From Camelus dromedarius (Eukaryota): a stretch of DNA of 64,000 bases. This document shows positions 48,705 through 61,176 of the stretch, piece by piece (position 1 is the stretch's first letter; the number at the start of each line of letters is the position of its first letter). The translations under genes and the position numbers were made by a program. The DNA is taken from positions 32,612,001 to 32,676,000 of the forward strand of contig NC_087440.1 in NCBI RefSeq assembly GCF_036321535.1, given 5' to 3'. Under the pieces are notes generated by a model. The model ran no database searches and was not told where the DNA came from. It saw only the letters and a program-made list of their open reading frames with translations.

Positions 48705-49750
48705 ATTTAAAAATTGCCAGGCAATTAGCAAACAATGTGCTGCGATAGTGAATTCAAGGGAAGAGAAACTGACTTAGCTTCAGTGAGGGAGACCCGTCTG
48801 AAGAGCTAATGTTTAAGCTGTGTTGTGAAAAGACAAGCTGAGGCAAACCCATGGGCAAAGGCTTGAAGGGGGGGGGGGACTTGTGTTCTAGGAACCAAAA
48901 TACTAGTGCAGCTGTAAAAGGGGGAACATGCTTTGAGATGAGCCTAGAGAGAGAAGCAGGAGCCGGATTATGCAGGGGCTTAGGGACCGTGGTAAAGAGA
49001 TGGATAGTAAGAGATTCTAGAAGCCACTGCAGAGTTTTAAAACGGGGGTAACCTGGACTGAGGTCAGTTTTTAAATTCTTACTCTGGCTATAGTCTGCGA
49101 ACAGAAGCAAGAGAGAAAAGAGAATGAACAGGTGAGAAGCTAAGTAACTCAGGTAAGAGAGGATGGTGGCCTACAGTAGAATGATGTCAGTGGAGATGAG
49201 AGCCGTGGACAGATTTGAGACACACACCGAGGGACTGCATATGGCAGATGAGGGAAGAGGAAAAACAGCGAGTGAATCCCAGGTTTCCGACTTGAACTCG
49301 TGGGTATGTACACAGTGCAATTTACAAGATAGAAAAAGCTGCAGGAAAGAAAGTTCCTTGAAGGGTGAGTAGGCCTGAGAATCAAATATTTCACTTTAGA
49401 TAATGTTATACTTAAGCTGTCTATGAGACATCTGAGTGAAGCCAGTAAGGCAAATCGATATTCTGATACGAAGCTCTGCAGAGGTCTGGGATGGAGATAA
49501 AGTTTCCAAGTCGTTGGCACAGAAGGAGAATGGGAGTGGGTAAGCTTACTAGGAAGCAACACTAGAGAGAGATGGGAAGAGCTCTCCAAACCACACCTTT
49601 AAAAATTTTATCATTTAGAGTAAGGTGAAGGTAAAGTGCCTGTAAGGGCACTGAGAGGAGATAGCCTGAGAGGCAGGAAGAAAACCAAGGTGAATTTGGC
49701 ACAGTGGGATTAAGTCAGGACAGTTCACCCAAGTGGCGCTACAGTGGTGT
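48700..49750 (-). mobile_element. L2 LINE fragment
   Basis: Purine-rich antisense L2 (gagaagcaggagccggattatgcagggg; gatggtggcctacagtag; tttcactttagataatgttatacttaagctgtctatgagacatctgagtgaag). Confidence 0.75.
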
Positions 49751-49763
49751 CAGGATAATTCAG

Positions 49764-50029
49764 CGGGAAAAGAATCGTCTTCAATGAGATGTACTGTGAC
49801 AACTGGATGGCCACATGGAAAAGAATGAAGCTGGATCTGACCTCATACCACATACAAATTTAACTCAAAATGGATCAAAGACCTAAACATAAGGGCTAAA
49901 CTATGAAAGTCTTAGAACATAGGCACAAATCTTCATCGCCTTAGACTGGGCAATGTTTTCTTAGATATGACACCAAAAGCACAAGCAACAAAAGAGTAAA
50001 TTGGATTTCATCAACATGAAAAAGAAGGT
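49764..50029 (+). mobile_element. L1M ORF2 fragment
   Basis: acaactggatggccacatggaaaagaatgaagctgga...aactcaaaatggatcaaagacctaaacataagggctaaa...ttcttagatatgacaccaaaagcacaagcaacaaaaga. Confidence 0.85.
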
Positions 50030-53000
50030 TGTGCCCTCTCCTCCAAGCTTCCCTAGCACTTTATTCAGGCCTCCATTACCATATTCAACCCATTATTATG
50101 ATTACCAGGTTAAGTATCTGTTTAGCCAATTAGACTGAATTTCTTACATTTTCTCGTAAGAAAGACATTGTCGCCTCCTTATTTGTATATTTGGTATCAA
50201 GGCAAGTACCACCCATACATCCTATGCATTATGTAGCTAACACTACTGTATGAAAATAAACACATTTTTACAAATAGGAGATAAGACTACAAAGGGTGGA
50301 AAATAATAGAGAAACCTCACCAAGGAAGAAGAACCCATTAAGATTGATTTACTAACATGGGGTAGGAAGTTAAATGGTCTTGGATTAAAACAATGAAAGG
50401 TTAAGTGGCTTGAGAACTTAATAGAGAACGAAGTCTGAGGTTTGAGCATCCTTCATAACAATCAAAGATGAATTTACTGTACTCTTTGACTTAAAAAAAT
50501 ATGTACGCCACAGTATGTGTCCAGCTCAAAGTGTTTCTTAAGAGATGTTTTACCTCAAACTAATTCAAATGTGCCTCAAACCTACTGCTATTAAGCGATC
50601 AGGCTCTGGGAATTTAGCATGACTTCAAGTAAAACAGGCTGAAGCCCTTTTTGCTTCACATTGGAAAGTAACCTGGGGGTCATCTAATTCCTCAGAAAAT
50701 TGTGGTCGGAGGGGTAAGCGAAAGGATTTGCTCAAGGTGCACCCCAGGTGACAGCAGAGCTGGACCTGGAAGCCGTGTTCGCTGGCTTGACGCTCAGTAA
50801 AGTTTTCAGCTCACTCATGGTCTTCAGCATTTAAGGAAAACACATGCAGAAGCTGAGAATCTGGCAACTGGTTTCCGTGAAACCACCCATGCTTGTGTCC
50901 CCTTTGGAAAGTGTGACCCTTACCTTTTGGAGAACTTCACCCCAGCGGGTATGTACACATACACCAGTTTGTGATTTCAGTGTATGTTACTACCCAGCTC
51001 TGATTTCATAAACATAAATCCAAGGGGAAAATCGTACACTTCAAGGCAAAGTGTATGTGTACATACCAACAGGGATATCTTACATGGCCAATATACGTGG
51101 GCCAAAGGACTGGAGAATCGTGGAGAAAACTTTCAATTACTGAAAGCTCTTCTGACAGTTCAGTCCTTAAACCGGCAAAGTGATGAGAATGCAACCATGC
51201 GCTGTGGGAAACCTCTTATCTTGAGCAGGAGAAATGAGACAGATGAACTTCCACGGAAAGAGATACACTTGCTGCTCAATTTCAGGTGAACTATGCTGCA
51301 TATAACAAAAGTCTTCTGTTTTAGTCACAGGGGTTGCTTTACTACTGGATTAGGTCATTTTTTGCTGTAGTTAAATCCTATTATTTAGGAGATAGAGAAT
51401 CAAGTCAGCCTGCAGCCTTGACCTATTTCTTTTTATGACACTGGCATCTGAAAGTTTCAAAGTTTGGGTCATTTATGCTTCAGACATTGTCACAAAGGGC
51501 AGTCGAATTCAGCAGTCAGTTCACTGAACTTCAGCATCTCTTTCTGACTCCGTCCCATACTGACACCCGTAAGGATTGAGAGTCACTTAATTTCTTGTTT
51601 TAATATGGTGAATGCAAAACAGGGAATCTCATCTCACAGACAAACTGGGAATACGGTGATGAGTTAACGGCCATGCTAGCAGATGCCAAGTACAGTTTCT
51701 GTCCAGGCTGATAGCTGTAGGGGTGTTTTTACCATCTCTCTGGTATCATACTTAATTTAAAAATTGATACAAAATTCCAATGGGTTTCATGACTATTCAT
51801 TAGTTATTCTACAGTCTTAATGTATTTTGTTTGATTACTAATGAATTCCTGTAACATATTTTACTTCCTAAGAAGAATGCTCTGAAAACTCCTGCCAACT
51901 GGTCATTAAAATCCACAACAATTATCATCAACTGAATCAAATTGCTCTCAATTACACAGGGGAGTTAATCCATGCTGCATCACTTTAAACACAAATATTT
52001 TCAATTCATATTAGCAAGTCACAAACTGAAGGAAAGAAGGCTCAGCCAACTGTAGACCTGGATGTCTATTTATAAAAGTTACAAGTGCAACCCAATTTCC
52101 ATTTGTACTCTTTATTATTTATACTTACTGCTAAGTGCCCGCTGTTCACCAGGAATTGTGCCAATGCTTTACATCCATTATTCTCTAAACCTTAATGACT
52201 ACCCTTGAAGATATTCTTATCCTCCCCCTTAAAACTGTTAAAACTCAGAAATTCACCTAAGATTATACTGCTAGTGAGTGAGAGAATCTTGGTTCAAATT
52301 CAAGTCTGGCTGACTCCAATATCACTTTTTTTTTTTTTCGTATCTTAAGAGTTTCCAAAGAAATTTCTTAAGGGTACATACACATTGTGAGGTGAAATCT
52401 TAACGTACCAAGCATAGATCTTCACTTGTCCCAGCCTCATGATATGTACTCAGGCTGTGAGCGTGGCACTCACAGACTGTCATCCCCTACCTTTGATCAG
52501 CTCAGTAACATAAGCCACAGTGCTTCCTCCTGGAATCCAGTTCGGATCCCCATTCTGTCCATGCTTCCCACAGCACCCTCAGCGCTTCTCTGACGAAGTG
52601 TTCATTGCAGTGCACCCAAACTGCTAGTCTGCTTGTCTGTACTTATTTTTGATCACAAGGGCAGCCCCTTTGTTCTTTGGGCATTTCCAGGTCTGATGCC
52701 TGTCATTTAGTGGGCGTTCAAGAGATGGTTGTTGAATGGATAGTGAACTGATAAAGAATAGAAAATAGTTTTGGTTTTATAAAGATGTCATGAGGTTACT
52801 ATTTATGCCTAAATCCTATTTTCATTGGCCTTCATCCTGGATTGTGCTGTTCTTACCGGCACACAGAAAGGAGCAACTCCTGGAGGCACTAAGATAAAAT
52901 TCAAGTTTTACAGCATTTTTCTAAATTGCTTGGGACATCTTTTTATTATACCAAAAATATAATCATGTACAAAATACAAGCTCAGGATATTTGACTGGTA

Positions 53001-53839
53001 TGGAAAATGTTCCTTTCAAAAGAAATGGCACTATTTACAAAGTTGTTATTATGGTTCTGGTGGGGAAGAGACACACATAGTGAGTGAAAACCAAAACAGA
53101 TTTTGCTTTTTCCTGTGTTTACTCTATTTAGAATATTAAGGAAGGCATGCTTTTCACACCTCCTGCTTAAATACTACACTTTTAAAAAGGATTAAGCTTT
53201 GAAAACTCAATTTAGAAGAATCAACTTTTAGTGTATTTCATCCCTTGCCAACAAACAGGTTAAAATGTTAACAGAATCACATGTGAAAGATAAAGATTTC
53301 TGTCAATTTAAAAACATTGTATTTCACTCACTGGGTTTTCCAAGTGTCATTTTAAGCCACTTACAATCTTTGCTGTGGGAAGGAACTTTATATCTTGAGG
53401 AATAATACTCTGTACTTCTAAGGTATGTGACTGTTACATATTACATAAATCATACAGATGCTAGTGCTCCTTGAAATTTATAAGGTGGAGAGACCACGCA
53501 GTGCTGAGTAAATAATGATGAGGGGTTTGGGGTGGGAAGCATGAAAGTAAGGTGACCAGTGATTAGACTGTTGCGAATATTCCGGGAAAAGATGACAAGG
53601 GCTTAAACTGTAATAGGAAAGATGGAAATAAAAGAGCAGAATTTTAAGAGACAGAGGGAGCACCCAGAGTAAGGGAGACTGGCTTGTTAAAGATGACTTG
53701 TTTGCAGACAGTGCATCATGGATTTCTAAGGGAAAAAGCAGGGTCTTTGGGTGAGTAATTTATTAAAAGATCAGTTCAAGTTGTCTGATTGGAAATTCTG
53801 AATCTCAAAAAGTGCTCCTGCATGATACGCAAAAAGAGT

Positions 53840-54245
53840 TTGGTAGAAATAATGGTAGGTATTCACAAAATTGTGTTTCATTTCCCTTCTTCCAGGATAC
53901 ATAGAGAGGATCTATTTTCCAGCCCTCCTTGCAGTTAGATCAGCAATCCTGCCAGTGGGCCGTAAGCAGAAGCAGTGAGTGTCACTTCTGGGCTGAGGTT
54001 AGGAGAAGTCGGGGTGGCCCTGGAGCTCTCTTTCCTAGAATCTGACTCTGGAAGGCACTTGTTGAGATGGTGGACAACAAGATGCAAGCAAGCTGGATCC
54101 TTGAGTCACTACTTAGAAGCTACCCTTGAGAGAAATTGAGTTCACAGAACTTGCTGGCATGAGAAATATCTTATTTGTTACGCCACTGAGTCTGAAGTAT
54201 GTATGTTTGTTATCGAAGCATAACCAGGTGTCGTTCTGACCAATA
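53840..54245 (+). mobile_element. MLT1I/J-type MaLR LTR
   Basis: ttttccagccctccttgcagttag...gcagaagcagtgagtgtcacttctgggctgagg...ttgttacgccactgag...ttgttatcgaagcata...ctgaccaata. Confidence 0.7.
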
Positions 54246-54336
54246 AAAAGGATGATGTTCACATTTTCAACACATTTTGAGGAAAGTACCCAGGTTTAGA
54301 AGACCTCCTTAAAAATGTTTTATTTAACTAAACTAA

Positions 54337-54549
54337 GGGTTCTCTCCTCGGGCTGTGGATGGCTTTCTTGTTGCGCCTTCATGTAGCCAGAGAGGATGCC
54401 GGCGCCCTTCTAATAAGGGCACTAATCTCATCATGAGGGCTTCACCCTCGACCTAACTCTCAACGGCCCCACCTTCTAATACCGTCCCACTGAACATTGG
54501 GGTTTTAACATATGAATTATGGGGGGAGACAGACATGCAGTCCATAACA
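54337..54549 (-). mobile_element. MLT1A-type LTR, 5' half
   Basis: taataagggcactaatctcatcatgagggcttcaccctc...ggccccaccttctaatacc...ttttaacatatgaatt...cagtccataaca. Confidence 0.85.
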
Positions 54550-57007
54550 TTATCTAATTAAAAAAACACAAACTATTTTTTAAGGAAGTTGTTTTTTTCT
54601 TACTTCTATATTATCAGAACAAAAAAGTAGGTGCTATTGACAAATAAGAATTAACCTAATTTTATGGTTTAAAATATAAAAACATAGACTTTATATAGAT
54701 TAATATACTAATATAGTTAGTTAAAACTTCATTTTCTGCTTTGAATTTGTAACTGTAGCTACGCTCAGTAACAGTATTCAAAATGTCATTTTCTCTTGCG
54801 TGGTATAGATGCAAATACCCATTTTCTACTTGCCTTCTTATCAGAAAATGTGTCCATGGGTAAACTAAAAGGAGCAGCAGCAGCAAGGTAAGAAATGTTG
54901 CGCTGTACAAGTGAGACCGTCTAGTGCCACTACTGTGGCCACTGGGGGGACCAGATCCAGTAGCAGAGAAAAGTGGGGTGCTGGCTGTCACTCCATTCTT
55001 CACTGCCACTAGAGAAGCCAGGAGCAATACCCTCGTTCACCCTTTAGTTAGAGACACCCCTGAATGTGTGTATGAAATCATACTCCACCTTTGGTACCTG
55101 AATGGTTTTTAATAAGATTATTGGCAACATGCAAACGGTGCAACTCGATTCAGTACCGAAGGGACTTTGTAAGTGTAAAATACTTATTTTGTACTCAAGA
55201 CCTGGTCAAAATACTAAAGACAACTAGCGTTTGAAAACTCCCAAGTCTGAAGTGAAAATCAGTAACCAGTAAAGAGGGCGTATCTGTTAACTGACAGACT
55301 AAAACCTCCTTGCGTCAGTTCTTGTTACACAGAGAAGCTAGGGAAGTACGTACAGATCAAGGTCAACAAGTGAAAAAGGAAGATGAAGAGGAAAAGAAAT
55401 CTTCCTCTTAACTCTTTAAATCTTCAGGGAAAAAAATCCAGCTTCAAGTAAAATCTTAACATGAGTCTAATTAAGCACTTTTACTGCAGGATGAAGCTGT
55501 AATTAAAGCTTTCCCTTACACGGCTTAGTAACTTGCAGCTGCAGGCTGGATGTTTTAACTATCATCATATTGGCATTAGTTTGACAAAGTGCACTAATCA
55601 TTTCCTTTTGTGAACTAGACGACATCAAGAACATGCATATTTTAATTCACGCGTTAGTCGATACAGACATAATTATTAGAAGTTACGGGAAATATATGGC
55701 ATTGCCGTTTTTTTCTAGTCTCTTTTTTTAGGTAATTGAACACTTTGCTTATTTTGAATAAATGTAACTTGACACAAATGATCTAGAACAAGGAGTTGAA
55801 ACAGCAGGGAAGATGGCAGAAACAGGACAAATTCCTAAGCTCTGCAGAACACAGGAGAATTGAGAATTCTTAAAGATGAAAAGGAGTCTGAAAACTATGC
55901 AGACTTGAGGGGCTACCAGGCAGTTATTTCCATGGAAGAATTTAAATTCATACTCTTGTAAGAAGCGAGACTGTCTTTCTTGGTTTAAGTTCAGGGCTAG
56001 AAGCAGATTCACCATCAGTGATCTGAATTTAGTGCCGCCTAGCTGTACGCTTAGATGGCGTGATCACCTGTTAAGTCCTTCCACACATACGCTTTAGTCA
56101 AAAGCAAGAAAAAGAGGCAGCAAAATGTTGTTCGGGGCTTTGGGGGTGGTGGGCAGGTTGGAACTGTCAGTCCCCAGAACTTTGGGGCTGAGTCCAAGTG
56201 GAGGACCTGCCAGCAGAGTCACCCAGAGCTCTGCTACACAGGGACTTGGGCTCATTTCAGCGAAGGCTGGGACAGAATGTGTCAGTCAAATGAAATGAAC
56301 AGACGACAGCTGAGTAGGAAACATAATCCTGCTATTACTCAAAGAAATCTCGCCTGGCACTCTGACATGACTGGCTGTAAATGAGCATCTTTATCTTGGA
56401 CTTTCCCGCCCTGGGGGAGGTCTGCCAGAAAGACAGGTCATCCCCAGACCCGGCCCTGCCCTGGCCTGGGTTGTTGGGGATCAGTGCGTGTGGGGAAGCA
56501 GCAGCCCCTCCTTGCCAGCTCTCCAGCCTGACTGTCCCAATGGAATGAATGACATCATTGAGAATGACATCATTGAGGATGACAGCATCCGGAGCCACCG
56601 CTGTGATTCCCACTCGCACCGCCATGGGTGGAAATACATCTGCTCCACGCCTGCGCTGGGGCCTTGGGTCCCAGTGAAACAAATTCTCCAGAAAAAACCA
56701 TGGTGGAGCTTCACTCAGCAGTGCCCACTCTCACCTCCCACCCTGGTCACTTGCAAGGGAACGGAGTGGGGCCGGGGGGGAGAAGGGGCTGTAAGTGTCA
56801 GAGAGGCTCTGGGGAGCTGAGGGTGGCTGGAAATAGGAACTGGAAAGGAAGAACAATAGCTAATGACCTCTTAGAGTCTGGCAATCGAAAGAATATTTTC
56901 CTTCTTGTTAAATTCTGATTGAGGACCTGGATTCAATTTCCCAAAGGAGAGCTTTGCTGTCTTTTAAATGAGCAACAGACATATTTGTTGTGGTCTGTAG
57001 TCATGGG

Positions 57008-57496
57008 ACTAAGCAGGCTGCCTGCAAGATTGGTGACTGGTTGCTTCCAGACTCCTCCTCACCACCCAGGAGGCACAAACACCCAGAGAGACCAGGAGCG
57101 CTTGAAAAGACAGATCATAACGTTCAAAGCTGACATCTACTCTTTTGCCATCACTCTATGGCAAATGACTACCCAGGAGGTACCTTACTCAGGGGAGCGT
57201 CAGTACGTGCTCTCTGCTATAATGGTCTATAGTCTCCATCCCTCTCTCCCAGCTGCTGACGTCATGGACTCCATCCCTGGGGAGAGACTTGAGAAGAGCG
57301 TCCAATGCTGCTCGAGGGCCAGGGCTTTGCAGCAGCCAGCTGCAGAACTTCTGGTTGCCCTTAACTCTTAGTGAATTTGGCTGACTAAACCTGTATCATG
57401 ATAAGCTTTGTCTTTATTTCTATTCCTTCTTAAAGAAGTGGAGATGCAGAAAAAAATATTTGTAGGATAGATTTTTAGAAAATAAAGTTACTAAAA
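57008..57496 (+). pseudogene. MOS: MOS (c-mos Ser/Thr kinase) 5'-truncated pseudogene, probably a retrocopy: kinase subdomains VII-XI plus 3' UTR
   Basis: The frame of ORF 56919-57371 gives CFQTPPHHPGGTNTQRDQERLK...[41 protein letters not shown]...DSIPGERL...CCSRARALQQPAA. Recalled human MOS reads [22 protein letters not shown]...[41 protein letters not shown]...DSLPGQRL. KQAACKIGD (57011-57037, another frame) corresponds to EQDVCKISD. The ancestral end gaatttggcTGA is at 57373-57384 and AATAAA at 57481-57486. Confidence 0.93.
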
Positions 57497-58239
57497 CACA
57501 CACGCACACACTGGCCAGTATACCTGAGGGCCCTTCCGTGTCTGTTAAGTACTTTGAATCTAATGCCTTTCAGAGGTGTACTGAGGGGGACTGAGCAAGT
57601 CTAAGCATAAGCACCTATATGCATGAACAACTTAAATGCCCTCCCTTATTTAACCCCTACTTCCTACCCATTGAAACATTCCCAGCAGATTTAATAGTGA
57701 GGTTTCCTGTAAGCTGAGATTAAAAAGTCAGTCAGATGAAAACACAAAAAAAAATCCAAACCATTAAAAAAGAAGAAAAGAACAAGCTAGCCCAGACCAT
57801 CCAAGCCCATCAGAGATCTCCCTTCTCAACTGGGAACCCGGCCAAGCAGCCCCACGGGGACTTGAGTTCTGTGATGATGAGTGAAAGTTGCATTGTCTGT
57901 CCCTGTGTGCCCTACTTCTCTCCTTTTCTCTAATTTTAGACATACTGGCCTTGACAGTGTCCCTTAATAAAAAGATCAGCAGTAAGTGCTCAGGTCCCAA
58001 ATCTGACGTTTCCCGCACTTAAGAGGAAGGAGCGGGATTCCCTGCCATCTTCTTGTAGGTTGAGAGCTTTTATGTAATCACAAAAAACATTCTGGAGGAC
58101 TGGAACCGTATCATGACCAACATCCTTCTAATTATATTACACTTCATATTTTCAAAGTACACTGAAGGCTATAATCAAATGCATCCAAAAATGCTATTTT
58201 TGACTAGCTAAAAATTCACTGAAAACGACTCCTCTAGGG

Positions 58240-58437
58240 CAGAAGTCAGCATATTGCTCCTGTAAAGGGCCAAAGAGCAAATATTTCTGAAAGGCCATAA
58301 GCTCTGTTGTTGTAGCATGAAAGCAGTCATAAGCAAATATGTAAATTAATGGGTGTGCTTGTATTTCAGTAAAATTCTACTTACAAAAATAGGCTGGATC
58401 TGTATCTGGCCTGGGACCTGTAGTTTGTGGACCTCTG
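58240..58437 (+). mobile_element. MER58A hAT-Charlie MITE with 8-bp TSD
   Basis: ctgtaaagggccaaagagcaaatattt...gttgtagcatgaaagcagtcata...tagtttgtggacctctg. TSD ctctaggg (58232-58239) / ctctgggg (58438-58445). Confidence 0.9.
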
Positions 58438-58734
58438 CTCTGGGGTTATAACTGAAAATTCGCCTGGGTGGTATCAGCATACAACCAATTTATTCAGTGC
58501 CTTAAAAAAATAACCGTAGGCAAAAGAGAATTTTGCTTATGATCTAAATAAATCAGAATTAGGAATACACGATGTAGCAATAGGGTACTACACCTGCCAA
58601 AAAAAAAAAATTCAGTCAATTCTGTTTCAATAATGCCATTTCCTGAGAAGGTGACAGTCCCTAAAAACCTAATAAATATAGTAACCATATCTATGATGTG
58701 ATTTATAATTCTTGAAAAATAAAAGTATCAATAC

Positions 58735-58975
58735 TTAATATGTACTGAACTACTCTGTCCCAGACACTATACAAAATACTCTATAAGAATTAACTCACTT
58801 AATCCCCACAACAACTCTGTGAGGTAGGTAGGTACTATTATTATTCCCACTTTACAGTTGGGAAAACTGAGGGCTGGATAAATAATCTGGCTGAGATCAT
58901 AAGGCTAGTAGGTGAAAGAGGTGGGATTCAAACTCATGCAGTCTTGCTCCTGAATCTGTGATCTTAATCACTACT
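58735..58975 (-). mobile_element. MIR SINE
   Basis: aactcacttaatccccacaacaactctgtgaggtagg...cccactttacagttgggaaaactgaggg...gggattcaaactcatgcagtc. Confidence 0.85.
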
Positions 58976-60089
58976 CTTCAGAGAGCAAGAGGAGAAGGAA
59001 GGCAAGTCAATATTTAGCCCTGGGAGTTCCACCTCAGGGATGGATGCTTGGCTCTTTGTGCATCAGCAAATATTTCCCGACTTTCAACCATGTGTTGGAT
59101 AGCATGCCTAGTGTCTTACATATATTATTTAATCCTACTCATAGTGCTCTATGGGAGGAACTATTACCCTATTTTAACAAAAACCATGGCTTAAGGAGGT
59201 TATGAATTGTGCAGGGACACACCCTACTAAGTGATGGAGCCACCTATGCTGGCTCCGTTGGGATGACCATTTTGAAAATAATATGATCACTTTCTGAACA
59301 GCTATCTGCAGGAGGTTCATATTACCGAAGAGGGAAGAGGACCATGTTTCCATCTAGCAGGCGGCAGATGTTCTCTTTATGACACAGGGCTGTATGTGTG
59401 ACAGAGACCTCTTAAGTCTTTACTTCCCCAAAGAAGATCTGTACCACAGGGATGCAGAGAATGCAGTTTCCTTCCTCCCACATCAACAGATTGATTCCTG
59501 CAAATATGGCTTTGACTGTGTGATTCTGTGTTCAGCCCATATTTTCCTGCTGTCCAGGCATCGTGCCAAGCTGAGTCCATCAAACCCAGAGCTTCCTGGC
59601 ACTGGCTCATTGTTCAAGAAAGGATTGCTAACATCCACTTTGGACCATTTCATTCTGCTGGATTTGTCTGAGACCACAGCAGTGAGAGCTCTCTCTTGGG
59701 GTCTACCTTGACCTTTACTGTGGTTGTCAGCCCTTCACTACATACAGGGATTTGTAATTAGAAACAGCAACTCATCTCATCAGAGATAATTTGATTCCTA
59801 CATTCTCCTAGTTGATTTTGGATACTGTTCAAGAGAAGAGAGGAAAATCCTTTTTTATTCTATTATTTTAAAACCCAAAGCCTAACAGATGCAACTATGC
59901 CTTTTTGCCTTGTCAAAGTCAAATTAATTCAGTAATTCTATCATTCCCAGTACAGACTTCAGCATGGATTAACTATCCACTAAACATACAGCATATATTC
60001 CTTGATAACTATGTCTAGAATTTTAGCTCCAGCTTTTTAAGGAGACATCCAGAATAATTAAAAAATAATCATTGGGCTACTAAGTTTGG

Positions 60090-61020
60090 CCATGTATTTT
60101 TGCCCTGTTCATGATCACTGCTGTTTCTTACGTTCTGCTCCTTCCCTTTGGGTTCACCTTGCTTCATACTGAAGTACATCATTTAGTAGTTCTTTCAGCA
60201 AGGGTGGGGGAGGGAGCAAGTAATCTTGGCGTGTCTAGAAAGATCTGTTTTTCTCTCACTTCTATATTATAGTCTAGCTGGGTATGGAATTCTAGATTGA
60301 CAGTTATTTCTGGAAGTTAATTTTGACTTCTGGTATCTCTTGGTGCTTGAAAGCAGCCATCAGTTTGTCCTTCCACTGAAGGAAACTTTTATTTTTAGTA
60401 TCTTTTAAGATTTTTCTCTTTGTCCTCAATGTTTTACTCCATTATGTTTTTTCTAGCTATAGCTTTGTTTAATCTTCAAGTGTGGCACTTGCTGGTATTC
60501 CCTATCTGAGTCTTCAATTCTGGAAAAGTTTTAGTCATTATCTTTTGGAATATTGCTTTCCCACCATTCTTATCCCCTCTGCTTCAGAAACTCCTATGAG
60601 ATGCATGCTGGGGCCTCTTCTGTGCTTCTGCCCATCACATACACCTGCTCCTTCATATGCTTCATGTCTCTGACCTGCATTGTGGGTGGATTTCTCACTG
60701 TTTTCCAGTTCAATGATTCTGTCTTTGACTATGGCCAATCTAGATTTTATTCTAATAACTCAGTGTATTTCAAAGACTATATTTTTTCATTTCCAGAATT
60801 CTTTCCTCCCCACTACTTCATCTTTTCATTTGGTTTTGGTTTGTAATACCTTGTTCTTTTTTCCCTAATTCCTTCCTTTATCTTTTGAGTATCATAAACT
60901 ACTTACTTTAAAGTCATTTGCAAGCTGCTCTGTCATTTTAATTTCACCTGGAGTAAATTCATTTCCTTTTTTTTCATATATTGTAGAATTTTGGTGTGTA
61001 CATTCTTCTTGAGTGGGAAA
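60090..61020 (-). mobile_element. Ancient L1ME/L1MC 5' region with ORF1 remnant
   Basis: Minus ORF 60538-60738 (DRIIELENSEKSTHNAGQR...RRGPSMHLIGVSEAEG) resembles L1 ORF1p RI.ELED...RRSNIHLIGVPEGE. The flanking text is typical antisense L1 5' sequence. It probably continues past the SINE to ~61.7 kb. Confidence 0.7.
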
Positions 61021-61065
61021 TTTTAATTTCTTCCCCCTTTTCCTCATCACTTTGGTTCTTTCTCA

Positions 61066-61176
61066 GGGGGAGGGTAACAGCTCAATAGTAGAGCATGTGC
61101 TTACCATGCATGAGGTCCTAGGTTTAATCCCCAGAACCTCCATTTAAAAATAATTAAAAATAAATAAAAAAATAAA
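61066..61176 (+). mobile_element. tRNA-Ala-derived camelid SINE (Vic-1-like)
   Basis: ggggagggtaacagctcaatagtagagcatgtgcttaccatgcatgaggtcctaggtttaatcccc plus an A-rich tail. Degenerate TSD tcactttggt(t/c)ctttc at 61047-61062 and 61179-61194. Confidence 0.92.

Noticed and set aside
54936-54952. CTCF-like motif (also CTAGCAGGCGGCAG at 59354-59367)
   Set aside because: Both have mismatches at high-information core positions and are much weaker than the site at 22897.
56919-57371. 150-aa ORF as a functional kinase gene
   Set aside because: It has no ATG at the annotated start (TTG), no N-lobe or catalytic loop, and destroyed DFG and APE motifs. It is treated as a pseudogene.
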